DNA of 63,608 nt from a bacterium (GTDB lineage Bacteria; Patescibacteriota; Patescibacteriia; UBA1558; S5-K13). The stretch is from positions 1 to 63,608 of the forward strand of contig JAKPTO010000030.1 in assembly GCA_029555085.1 (NCBI GenBank), given 5' to 3'. Below the pieces are notes generated by a model. It saw only the letters and a program-made list of their open reading frames with translations, had not been told where the DNA came from and did no database searches. Made by a program: the position numbers and the translations under genes. Shown piece after piece: positions 53,956 through 62,416 of this stretch (position 1 is the stretch's first letter; each line of letters starts with the position of its first letter).

Positions 53956-53977
53956 AGGACCACAGAGTCCTTTTTTT
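53956..53977 (+). terminator. Weak rho-independent terminator after secY
   Basis: AGGAC-cacaga-GTCCT followed by TTTTTT. Confidence 0.45.
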
Positions 53978-54043
53978 GTTAGAGCTTTAAAAAATGAAAA
54001 AAATGGAGTAATATGGTATAGTTATAAATAATTAGATAAAAAT

Positions 54044-54670
54044 ATGAACATAGTGTTTATAGGAATGCCTGGTTCTGGAAAAGGAACTCAAGCACAAAAA
54101 TTAGCGCAAAAATTAAATTATCCTTTTGTTTCAACTGGAGATCTTTTTCGTTCTCAAATAGAAAAACAAACAGAAATAGGAAAAAAAGCAAAACAAATTA
54201 TTGATGGAGGTAATTTAGTTGACGATGATGTAACTTTTGAATTATTAAAACAAGGATTAAAAGATTTTGATATATCAAGAGGTTTGATTCTGGATGGTTT
54301 TCCAAGAAATTTAAATCAAGCAAAAATGTTAGATGAATATTTAAAAATTGATAAAGTTATTAACATTAATTTATCAGAGAGCGAAGTTTTAACAAGAATT
54401 GGCGGAAGAAGAACTTGTATTTGTGGAGCCACATATCATATAAAATTTAATCCCCCAAAGCAAAAAAATATTTGTGATGTTTGCGGGAAAGAACTTTTTA
54501 TAAGAGAGGATGCGAAAGAAGAAGCAATAAAAACAAGAATTGAAATTTATAATAAAAGCGTTGATCCGCTTTTAGATTTTTATAGAAAAAAGGGCCTTGT
54601 TTTAGATATTGATGGTAATCCACCAATTGATGAAGTAACAACAGAGATTAACAATAAATTAAGTTTATAA
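54044..54670 (+). CDS. adk: Adenylate kinase (zinc-lid form)
   Basis: MNIVFIGMPGSGKGTQ...LDGFPRN. The lid reads CICGATYH...CDVCG. Confidence 0.96.
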   Translation: MNIVFIGMPGSGKGTQAQKLAQKLNYPFVSTGDLFRSQIEKQTEIGKKAKQIIDGGNLVDDDVTFELLKQGLKDFDISRGLILDGFPRNLNQAKMLDEYLKIDKVININLSESEVLTRIGGRRTCICGATYHIKFNPPKQKNICDVCGKELFIREDAKEEAIKTRIEIYNKSVDPLLDFYRKKGLVLDIDGNPPIDEVTTEINNKLSL

Positions 54671-54674
54671 TTTT

Positions 54675-55451
54675 ATGATAACAATAAAAAAAGAAAATGA
54701 AATAAAAATTTTAGCTGAGGGTGGGAAAATTCTTGGAAATATTTTAAAAAAAGTTGGAGAGAGCGCAAAGCCAGGAGTAAGTACAAAATTTTTAGACGAA
54801 TTAGCTGAAAAATTAATTTTAGAGTCAGGTGGCGTGCCATCTTTTAAGGGTTATGGAGATGGAAATCCATTTCCCAATGCGCTTTGTACATCGATTAATC
54901 ATGAAATTGTTCATTGTATTCCAAGTGAAAATAAGATTTTAAAAGAATCTGATATTATAGGGCTTGATATTGGTATGAAATGGCCAAAAGATAAAAGTGG
55001 CTTATTTACTGATTGTGCAATTACAGTCCCTGTTGGAAAAATTGATAAAAAAGTTTATGAATTATTGGATGTAACTCGTGGCGCGCTTGACGAAGCAATA
55101 AATTTTATAAAGCCAGGAATATTTGTAAATGACATTGGCGAGATGATAGAAAAATATGTTGATTCACGCGGTGATTATGGAATAGTTAGAGATTTAGTGG
55201 GGCATGGCGTTGGGTATAAAGTTCATGAAGCGCCAATGATTCCAAATTTTAAAGTTTATGAAAGAAGTGAGAGATTAAAACCAGGAATGGTTTTAGCTAT
55301 TGAACCAATGATAAATTTAGGAACTCATGAGATAGAGTTTGCTAAAAATGGTTGGGATATTGTAACAAGAGATGGATCAATTTCAGCACATTTTGAACAT
55401 ACAATTGTGGTTACTGAAAATGGTTGCAAAGTTTTAACAAATCCAGATTAG
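54675..55451 (+). CDS. map: Methionine aminopeptidase type I
   Basis: The metal ligands lie in GLDIG...DCAIT, HGVGYKVHE, LAIEPM and AHFEHT. Confidence 0.96.
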   Translation: MITIKKENEIKILAEGGKILGNILKKVGESAKPGVSTKFLDELAEKLILESGGVPSFKGYGDGNPFPNALCTSINHEIVHCIPSENKILKESDIIGLDIGMKWPKDKSGLFTDCAITVPVGKIDKKVYELLDVTRGALDEAINFIKPGIFVNDIGEMIEKYVDSRGDYGIVRDLVGHGVGYKVHEAPMIPNFKVYERSERLKPGMVLAIEPMINLGTHEIEFAKNGWDIVTRDGSISAHFEHTIVVTENGCKVLTNPD

Positions 55452-55566
55452 TTAGTAAAATTTTTCATTTTGAACTTGTTTGTATGTAGTGATTCAAGTT
55501 CTAGAATTTTAAAAAGCACTTTATGTTGATTATATTATTAAAGAAATTTTTTACATTAATTAATAT

Positions 55567-55968
55567 ATGAAAAATTATTTAGGTATAGATTATGGAATAT
55601 CTAAAATCGGTCTCGCCTTATCTGATAGCGAGACAAAAGTTTGTTTGCCTTATAAAATTTTAAACGAATTTGAATTTTGGAATTCAATACAAAATATAAT
55701 AGAAGAAAATAATATTGATGAAGTTGTGTTGGGAATTCCTAAAAATTTAAATAATGAAGAAACACAGCAAACACAAATTACAATGAATTTTTTTGAAAAA
55801 TTAAAAAACACAATAAATAAAAAAATTCATTTAGAGGATGAAAGAATGACTTCTAAATTTGCTAATGAAATTAAAAAAAATATTGGTATGAAAAATTTAG
55901 GAGCCGAAGATGATTCTTCAGCAGCACTTATTCTTGATTCATTTTTAAAGCGAGAATATGGAAATTAA
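55567..55968 (+). CDS. ruvX: Putative pre-16S rRNA nuclease / Holliday-junction-resolvase-like protein YqgF (RuvX)
   Basis: 133 aa. It contains YLGIDYGISKIGLALSD, VLGIPKNLNNEE, DERMTS and DDSSAALILDSFL. Confidence 0.85.
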   Translation: MKNYLGIDYGISKIGLALSDSETKVCLPYKILNEFEFWNSIQNIIEENNIDEVVLGIPKNLNNEETQQTQITMNFFEKLKNTINKKIHLEDERMTSKFANEIKKNIGMKNLGAEDDSSAALILDSFLKREYGN

Positions 55969-57061
55969 AATATTGATTTATATTTTATTTTTTTTATTAT
56001 CTTTAATTTTGGGATATGTTTTTTCGCGACTCATGATAAAGCTATCTTTTAAGTTTAAAATTTTAGATATCCCAAATGAAGAAAGAAAAATTCATAAATT
56101 ACCAACTCCGCTTTTAGGTGGTCCTGCAATATATTTAAGTTTTTTAATTTCAGTGATTTTGTTTTTTATTTTTAACCACTATTTTAATTTCGGAATCACT
56201 GTCAATTATTTACAAATTATCGGAGTTTTGATTGCTGGACTTGTAATTATAATTGGCGGAATTTTAGATGATAAATATAATTTGTCGCCAATAAAACAAA
56301 CTTTATTTGTTTTATTGGCATGTTTTATAATTATAATTTTTGGAACGCAAATAAAATTTATAACTCATCCTAGTGGGGGAATACTAGATTTAACAATAGG
56401 CGAGTTTCAATTATTTGGAATGAATTTTTATGCAGTGGGCGTTATAATTACATTTTTGTGGTTACTTGTCATAACAAATGCTACGAAACTTTTAGATGGG
56501 CTTGATGGTTTATGCGGAGGAATAACTTCTATTGTAATGATAATACTTTTTATTGTTTCATTATCTTGGGATAAGGCAAATAGCTTTACTCCAAATTTAA
56601 TTTTAATTTTTCTAGGAGCTGTAATTGGATTTTTAATTTTAAATTTTAATCCCGCGAAGATATTTTTGGGCAACGGAGGAAGTAATTTACTAGGAATAAT
56701 AATTGGATTTTTTGCAGTTGCAACTGGCGCAAAAATTGCAACAGCGTTGCTTGTTATGGGATTGCCACTTCTTGATATGGTTTTAGTAATTATTCAGAGA
56801 ATTAAAAATCATGAACATCCATTTACTCATGCGGATAGAAAACATTTACATTTTAAATTAATTGATTATGGATTTAGTGTAAAACAGGCAGTTTTATTTA
56901 TGTATATGTCATCATTTATTTTCGGAATTATTGCGCTTTTTCAAAATACAATAGGAAAAATAATAATGCTTTTCGTGCTTGTTGTTTTTTTCTCATTAAT
57001 ATTTTATAAATTAAATTCCTCAAATGGAGCGAGCAAACATGAAAAAAATATTAATAATTAG
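55958..57061 (+). CDS. Glycosyltransferase family 4 polyprenyl-phosphate sugar-1-phosphate transferase (MraY/WecA/TagO-like)
   Basis: 367 aa and polytopic. It contains DIPNEERKIHKLPTPLLGG, ITNATKLLDGLDGLCGG and NPAKIFLGNGGSNLLG. Its shorter length favours WecA/TagO-like over MraY. Confidence 0.8.
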   Translation: MEIKILIYILFFLLSLILGYVFSRLMIKLSFKFKILDIPNEERKIHKLPTPLLGGPAIYLSFLISVILFFIFNHYFNFGITVNYLQIIGVLIAGLVIIIGGILDDKYNLSPIKQTLFVLLACFIIIIFGTQIKFITHPSGGILDLTIGEFQLFGMNFYAVGVIITFLWLLVITNATKLLDGLDGLCGGITSIVMIILFIVSLSWDKANSFTPNLILIFLGAVIGFLILNFNPAKIFLGNGGSNLLGIIIGFFAVATGAKIATALLVMGLPLLDMVLVIIQRIKNHEHPFTHADRKHLHFKLIDYGFSVKQAVLFMYMSSFIFGIIALFQNTIGKIIMLFVLVVFFSLIFYKLNSSNGASKHEKNINN

Positions 57062-57491
57062 TTTTATTTTATTTTTTGTTTTTTCAGGGTGTGCAAAAAA
57101 AGAACAAAATATAACAGCAAATTATAGTAAAAAATTATTAGTTAATGATACACAAGTTTCTGTTGAAGTTGTTTCTGGGTCTTATGAAATGAAGAAGGGT
57201 TTATCAGACAGAGATGAAATGTGTGAAAATTGTGGGATGCTTTTTATAATGCCCGGTTCAAGTATTCATTATTTTTGGATGCATGATATGAAATTTCCAC
57301 TTGACTTTGCGTATATTGAAAATAATAAAATAGTAGAAATTTTCAAAAATGTTCCAATCTATACAAACAATGAATTCACAAAGATTAATTCAGTGGAAAA
57401 TTCAGATATGATATTAGAATTAAATGCAGGATTTTTGGATAAAAATAATATAAAAGTGGGAGATAGAATTCAGTTAATATCATCAAAGTAG
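57039..57491 (+). CDS. DUF192-family lipoprotein
   Basis: The signal peptide has the lipobox FSG/C (MKKILIISFILFFVFSGC). DUF192-like motifs are GLSDR, GMLFI, FWMHDM.FPLD and ILELNAG. The track ORF starts at 57024; ATG 57039 has GGAG 9 nt upstream. Confidence 0.75.
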   Translation: MKKILIISFILFFVFSGCAKKEQNITANYSKKLLVNDTQVSVEVVSGSYEMKKGLSDRDEMCENCGMLFIMPGSSIHYFWMHDMKFPLDFAYIENNKIVEIFKNVPIYTNNEFTKINSVENSDMILELNAGFLDKNNIKVGDRIQLISSK

Positions 57492-57598
57492 GATTGATTG
57501 ATGGTAATAAAATAATAAAAGAGCAGTTTCAAGACATGCTCGGGTCAGTTGTTTAATTTAATTTTTTGAACGAGGAGCAAACCCACTCAAATACAATT

Positions 57599-57805
57599 TC
57601 ACTCAGCTAATTCATAGACAATTCCAATTAAGAAGCTCAGCACAAGGAATTGCCAAAATGTTAGGGTGGGGAGATTAAATATCGGCATCAGCCAATTCCA
57701 CAATAATTGCAACACTAATGCTCCTAGACAGAATAGTGCTATTACAAGTATTGCAATGACAATCCGAGCAATTACGCTTAAGACAATGGAGATAATGTGA
57801 TCCAT
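57599..57805 (-). CDS. Small two-TM membrane protein (hypothetical)
   Basis: 68-70 aa and very hydrophobic. AGGAGG lies just upstream, which favours the second ATG at 57805. The ORF is more GC-rich than its surroundings. Confidence 0.45.
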   Translation of the reverse strand: MDHIISIVLSVIARIVIAILVIALFCLGALVLQLLWNWLMPIFNLPTLTFWQFLVLSFLIGIVYELAE

Positions 57806-58021
57806 TATCATACCTCCTATGTTGTTTTTTTATTTATTGTCGAAATCCGACTTTTTATTATAGTATGTAGAAAAAATTTGTCAATAATAAATAAATTAAT
57901 AAAATAAGTAAAATAAATATACTGTTGTTAAAAAGAATAGTAGAAATATGATGTATAATCTTAATATATTGATTTTTTAGTTGAGTGATGTAAACTAAAA
58001 TTAGTATTTAATTAAATAATA

Positions 58022-58864
58022 ATGATGATGATTAATATAAAAACAGAGTACATACACGAATCTGGTGATGAAAACATCAATGAAGATTCTTTTGTGATTG
58101 GTAAAAATATTTTTGGTGTTTTTGATGGAGCAACAAGCATGACTCAATTTAAAAATAAAAAAGGATATACAGGCGCTTACATAGCTTCTAATATATGTAA
58201 AAAAGTTTTTAAAAATGAAAAAAGTAGTTTGTATAAATTAGCCATAACAGCAAATAGAGAAATTAGAGATCAGATGGAAAGAAATAAAATTGATATTAGT
58301 AAAAAAGAAAATTTATGGAGCACTACAATTGCTGTTATAAAAATTGATAAGAAAAGAAATAAATTTGAATGGCTTCAATTGGGGGATTCTTTGATTATGG
58401 TTATATATAAAGATGATACATACAAGCTCATGGTAAATGATTATGATCATGATATAGAAACTCTTGTAATGTATAAAAAATTAGCAGACAAAAAGATAAA
58501 AAATATTCGCCAAGTTCTTGACAAGCAATTGTTAAAAACCAGAAGACTCGCCAATAAAACTTATGGAGTTTTAAACGGAGAGGTTGTTGTTAATAAATTT
58601 TTTAAAAAAGGAGTAGAGAAATTAGATAATATAAAGAATATATTATTGTTTACAGATGGATTAATTTTACCAAAAAAAGATCCAAAAAAATTAGACGATT
58701 TCGATACATTTATAAAACTTTATCTATCTGGTGGATTTAAAAAAATAAAAGATTATATAAAACAAATTCAAGCTAGTGATCCTAATTGTTGGAAATATCC
58801 AAGGTTAAAACAATGTGATGATATGACAGGAATAAGTGTATTTATAAACAATAAAACTGCTTAA
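58022..58864 (+). CDS. PP2C/SpoIIE-like Ser/Thr phosphatase-fold protein (divergent)
   Basis: 280 aa. It contains NEDSFVIGKNIFGVFDGATSM, QLGDSLIMVIYKDD and LLFTDGLI, which resemble the PP2C metal-binding motifs. Confidence 0.55.
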   Translation: MMMINIKTEYIHESGDENINEDSFVIGKNIFGVFDGATSMTQFKNKKGYTGAYIASNICKKVFKNEKSSLYKLAITANREIRDQMERNKIDISKKENLWSTTIAVIKIDKKRNKFEWLQLGDSLIMVIYKDDTYKLMVNDYDHDIETLVMYKKLADKKIKNIRQVLDKQLLKTRRLANKTYGVLNGEVVVNKFFKKGVEKLDNIKNILLFTDGLILPKKDPKKLDDFDTFIKLYLSGGFKKIKDYIKQIQASDPNCWKYPRLKQCDDMTGISVFINNKTA

Positions 58865-58969
58865 ATATTCCTAATATTATTATAAGGTTAGACCCCGCTT
58901 ATCATTAAATATGAAAACATCCTATGAATTTGTTTCTATGTCGCATTTGATCTTAGAGAGAACGTGGTG

Positions 58970-58998
58970 TTGACTTTTAAATATAATTATAGTAAAAT
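58970..58998 (+). promoter_or_regulatory. Promoter of rplU
   Basis: -35 TTGACT (58970-58975), a 17 nt spacer, and -10 TAAAAT (58993-58998). Confidence 0.6.
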
Positions 58999-59037
58999 TT
59001 GATTACTATATTTATATAATTAAATTTATTCAAAAGT

Positions 59038-59343
59038 ATGAAATTAGCAGTAGTAAGAACAGGAGGCAAGCAATACAAAGTAAAAGAAGGTGATAAAATT
59101 AAGGTTGAGAAAATTGAAGGCGATGAAGGATCTAAAATAGAATTAGATGATATTCTTTTATTAGTAGATGATGATAAAGTAGAAATAGGAACTCCAAAAC
59201 TTGATAAAAAAATAACAGCTACTATTTTAAAACAGAGTAGAGCAAAAAAAGTAAGAGTTGTTAAATACAAAGCTAAAACAAGGTATCATAAAGTTTATGG
59301 ACATAGACAACATTTTACAGAACTCGCAATCAATAAAATATAA
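59038..59343 (+). CDS. rplU: 50S ribosomal protein L21 (no rpmA/L27 downstream)
   Basis: MKLAVVRTGGKQYKVKEGDKIKVEKIEG...KKVRVVKYKAKTRYHKVYGHRQHFTEL.I. Confidence 0.95.
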   Translation: MKLAVVRTGGKQYKVKEGDKIKVEKIEGDEGSKIELDDILLLVDDDKVEIGTPKLDKKITATILKQSRAKKVRVVKYKAKTRYHKVYGHRQHFTELAINKI

Positions 59344-59357
59344 ACTTACTTCATAAT

Positions 59358-59390
59358 AAAAAATTCGGCACATAACCGAATTTTTTATTT
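59358..59390. terminator. Bidirectional rho-independent terminator
   Basis: AAATTCGG-cacataa-CCGAATTT is flanked by an A-run and a T-run. It lies between convergent genes. Confidence 0.8.
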
Positions 59391-59420
59391 TTTACAAAAT
59401 TTTATTTGACTCGCAATTAA

Positions 59421-59711
59421 TTAATTAATCTCTTTCCATTTAACTCCAGATTCAAACGCATTAACATCTTGTTCATATTGTTCTCTTGTTGCATTTACGG
59501 TTGCATATCTTTTTTGATTTGGAGGAGCTGAATCAACAAAAGCTTTTAGACTTCTCGGAGTCCTTACACCTTTCCAATCTGTTGTTATTGATAAAGATGG
59601 TTCCCCTCTCATAGATCTTAAAAAACCTATAAATTCAACAGTATCCATTGTTTCAAATTCACGAGTTATATCCCTTGGTTGGTTTTCTATTTTGTTTTCT
59701 AAATTTTCCAT
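59421..59711 (-). CDS. Hypothetical protein (96 aa)
   Basis: It is the last ORF in the minus-strand dnaB-ybaB-recR string. No recognisable motif. Confidence 0.45.
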   Translation of the reverse strand: MENLENKIENQPRDITREFETMDTVEFIGFLRSMRGEPSLSITTDWKGVRTPRSLKAFVDSAPPNQKRYATVNATREQYEQDVNAFESGVKWKEIN

Positions 59712-59732
59712 TTTATTTAATTTAATGTTTAT

Positions 59733-60326
59733 TTAATTTAATTCTTTTCTATTTTCTAGCGCAGAAGTGAGTGTTATTTCGTCTGTGTATTCAATGTCAG
59801 TTCCCATTGGAATTCCTTTTGCAAGGCGAGTAATTTTTACTCCTAAATTTACTAAAATATTTTTTAAATAAGTTATTGTTGCTTCGCCCTGGATACTTGT
59901 GTCAAATGCGAGTATTAATTCTTTTGTATTTTCATTTTTGATCCTTTCCGTTAATTCTTTTATAAATAATTTATCAGGAGTAATTCCCATTATCGGATCA
60001 ATTAGTCCACCGAGTGTGTGATATAGACCATTGTATTTATGAGTGCGTTCAATTGCTTCTAATTCTTTTGGAGTCGACACAACACAAATTGTAAATTTGT
60101 CTCTACTTGTCGACGAACATATTTCACATGGATTTGTGTCAGCGAAATTTCTGCACATTTGACAAACTTTTAAATTTTCTAAACCAACAAAAGAATTTAT
60201 AAATTCCTCTATTTTTGATTTTGGACGAGACGCAATAGAAAGCGCGAGACGCTCAGCTGTTTTAGGACCTATTCCGGGAAGGGTTAGGAATTGATCTATT
60301 ATTTTTTTTATTGAACTTGGGTACAT
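59733..60326 (-). CDS. recR: Recombination protein RecR
   Basis: 197 aa. It has the HhH motif LPGIGPKTAERLA, the C4 zinc finger CQMCRNFADTNPCEIC, and Toprim (ELILAFDTSIQGEATI). Confidence 0.95.
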   Translation of the reverse strand: MYPSSIKKIIDQFLTLPGIGPKTAERLALSIASRPKSKIEEFINSFVGLENLKVCQMCRNFADTNPCEICSSTSRDKFTICVVSTPKELEAIERTHKYNGLYHTLGGLIDPIMGITPDKLFIKELTERIKNENTKELILAFDTSIQGEATITYLKNILVNLGVKITRLAKGIPMGTDIEYTDEITLTSALENRKELN

Positions 60327-60327
60327 T

Positions 60328-60615
60328 TTAAAATTTAAAATCAGGAATTGAAATATCGCCTGAGCGCATTTTTTCGGCTAAGATTTTTCTTACCTTATCA
60401 TTTCCATCATTTATTAAGTTTGGAATTGTTGATTCAATTATAGATTTTTCAATTCCATCAGGAATTGAAAGATTTAAAATTTTTTGATTTGCGTCCATTT
60501 TTATTTTTATTCCGTTTTTTTCTACTTCAACAGTTTCTTGACTTAATACATTTTGCATTTGTTTTGCTTGCGTTCTTAAATCTTTAATTTGATTTAGTTT
60601 TGAAAATAGTGACAT
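60328..60615 (-). CDS. ybaB: Nucleoid-associated protein YbaB/EbfC
   Basis: 95 aa. The N-terminal helix carries the MQN/QAKQMQ pattern. It is adjacent to, and 1 nt from, recR. Confidence 0.8.
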   Translation of the reverse strand: MSLFSKLNQIKDLRTQAKQMQNVLSQETVEVEKNGIKIKMDANQKILNLSIPDGIEKSIIESTIPNLINDGNDKVRKILAEKMRSGDISIPDFKF

Positions 60616-60659
60616 ATTGTTTATTATTAATTTTTATTTTTTATAAAATATAAAATTTA

Positions 60660-62135
60660 TTACTCATTTGACATTGGAATTTGCTCTTCTAGTTCTTTTG
60701 ATTTTTCCAAATTTTTGAAACTTACAGTTTGTTCATCAAAATATAATTTTACAATTCCAGTTGGACCATTTCTGTGCTTTGCTATATGAATTTCTGCAAT
60801 TCCTTTTTCTTCGGGAGTTAAATCTTCGTATTTGTAATTTCTATCAGCAGATTTTCTGTAAATAAACATTACAACATCAGAGTCCTGCTCAATACTCCCA
60901 GATTCTCTAAGGTGCGCGAGTTTTGGAATTGCTGGTTTTGTCTGTTCAACAGCACGAGATAATTGCGAAAGAGCGATAACTGGAATATTTAATTCTCTAG
61001 CAATTCCTTTTAGACCTCTGGTTATTTTTGCAACTTCTTGAACGCGGTTTTCTTCATCTCCATGAGATTCCATAAGTTGTAAATAATCTATAACAAGACA
61101 GGATAAATTATGTTCTAATTTTAATCTTCTCGCTTTTGTTCTAATTTGCATTATATTTAAACTACTTGAATCATCTATGAATATTTTACTTTCAGCGAGA
61201 ACTCCCATTGCGTGTCCTATTCTAGGAAAGTCATCATTTTCTTGACGGTCTGATAATTTTCCAGTTCTCATTTTCCAGAGTGATACCCCAGCTTCAGCGC
61301 ATAAAATTCTATCAACAAGTTCTTCTTTGCTCATTTCAAGAGAGAAAATTCCAACACATTCTTTTGTTCGAACGGCTATGTTTCTTGCTATATCAAGCGC
61401 AAAAGAAGTTTTACCAACAGAAGGGCGAGCGGCAATAATTACTAAATTTGATTTTTGAATTCCTGCAAGTAGATTATCTAAATCTGAGTATCCAGTTGGA
61501 AGTCCACGAAGTTTTCCTTTGTTTTTGTGAAGTTCATCAATTCTTTCAAATGTTTCGTTTAATATATTTGAGATGCCAATAAAATTTTCTTTTAAATATT
61601 TTTGTGAAATCCCAAATAATTTTTGTTCAGCAGAATCTAATACATCATCAATATTTTCCATTTCTCTAAAAGCGCTGTTTGTAATTTCAGAAGACGCTTT
61701 TATAAGTTTTCTAAGCGTTGATTTTTTTTGAATAATTTCCCCGTAATATTTTACATTTCCAGCTGTTACAACTGAATTTGCTAAACTTGCTAAATAACTT
61801 TTCCCACCAATGTTTTCAAGTTCTCCATATTCGGAAAGTATATTGCTAACAGAAAGCAAATCTATTGGCTCTCTTTTGTCGTATAAAGAAATACAAGCTC
61901 TAAAAATTATCTGATGCGCTTTTTTATAAAAATCTTCTTCAGATAAAATATCCGCAATTTTTGAAATTGCTTCATTGTCAATTAAAATAGAACCGAGAAC
62001 ATTGGATTCAGCCTCTAAATTATGTGGCGGAATTCTATCTGATTGAGTATCTAATGTTTGATATTCTTCTGGCATATAAAGTATTTTACCATGTAAAAGC
62101 TTTTGAGCAAGGGGGGTTTTATACAGGTTATACAC
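60660..62135 (-). CDS. dnaB: Replicative DNA helicase DnaB
   Basis: 491 aa. It contains PPHNLEAESNVLGSIL, Walker A ARPSVGKTSFAL, VIDYLQLM and IPVIALSQLSR. The start may be the internal Met at 62075. Confidence 0.95.
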   Translation of the reverse strand: MYNLYKTPLAQKLLHGKILYMPEEYQTLDTQSDRIPPHNLEAESNVLGSILIDNEAISKIADILSEEDFYKKAHQIIFRACISLYDKREPIDLLSVSNILSEYGELENIGGKSYLASLANSVVTAGNVKYYGEIIQKKSTLRKLIKASSEITNSAFREMENIDDVLDSAEQKLFGISQKYLKENFIGISNILNETFERIDELHKNKGKLRGLPTGYSDLDNLLAGIQKSNLVIIAARPSVGKTSFALDIARNIAVRTKECVGIFSLEMSKEELVDRILCAEAGVSLWKMRTGKLSDRQENDDFPRIGHAMGVLAESKIFIDDSSSLNIMQIRTKARRLKLEHNLSCLVIDYLQLMESHGDEENRVQEVAKITRGLKGIARELNIPVIALSQLSRAVEQTKPAIPKLAHLRESGSIEQDSDVVMFIYRKSADRNYKYEDLTPEEKGIAEIHIAKHRNGPTGIVKLYFDEQTVSFKNLEKSKELEEQIPMSNE

Positions 62136-62184
62136 AATATTGACCTATTGCATATAATATGATATTATTTTTTACATATTATGC

Positions 62185-62260
62185 GCGCCGTTAGCTCAGT
62201 CGGTAGAGCAGCAGCCTTTTAAGCTGATGGTCGTGGGTTCGATTCCCTCACGGCGTACCA
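62185..62260 (+). tRNA. tRNA-Lys (anticodon UUU), CCA encoded
   Basis: The acceptor is GCGCCGT/ACGGCGT (G1-U72), the D-arm is GCTC-AGTCGGTA-GAGC, the anticodon arm is GCAGC-CTTTTAA-GCTGA, and the T-arm is GTGGG-TTCGATT-CCCTC with one T-T mismatch. Total length is 76 nt. Confidence 0.85.
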
Positions 62261-62416
62261 TTTTACAAACCACAGCACATCTTAGTATTTATTGTACTTG
62301 TTAGCAAGAATCACGAAATACTCAGCAATGAGTGTTTTTTTGTTTGATTTTGTATATAAATTATTATAATATTTAAATATAAAATTAAACATAATATAAA
62401 CACATAAACCAACAAT

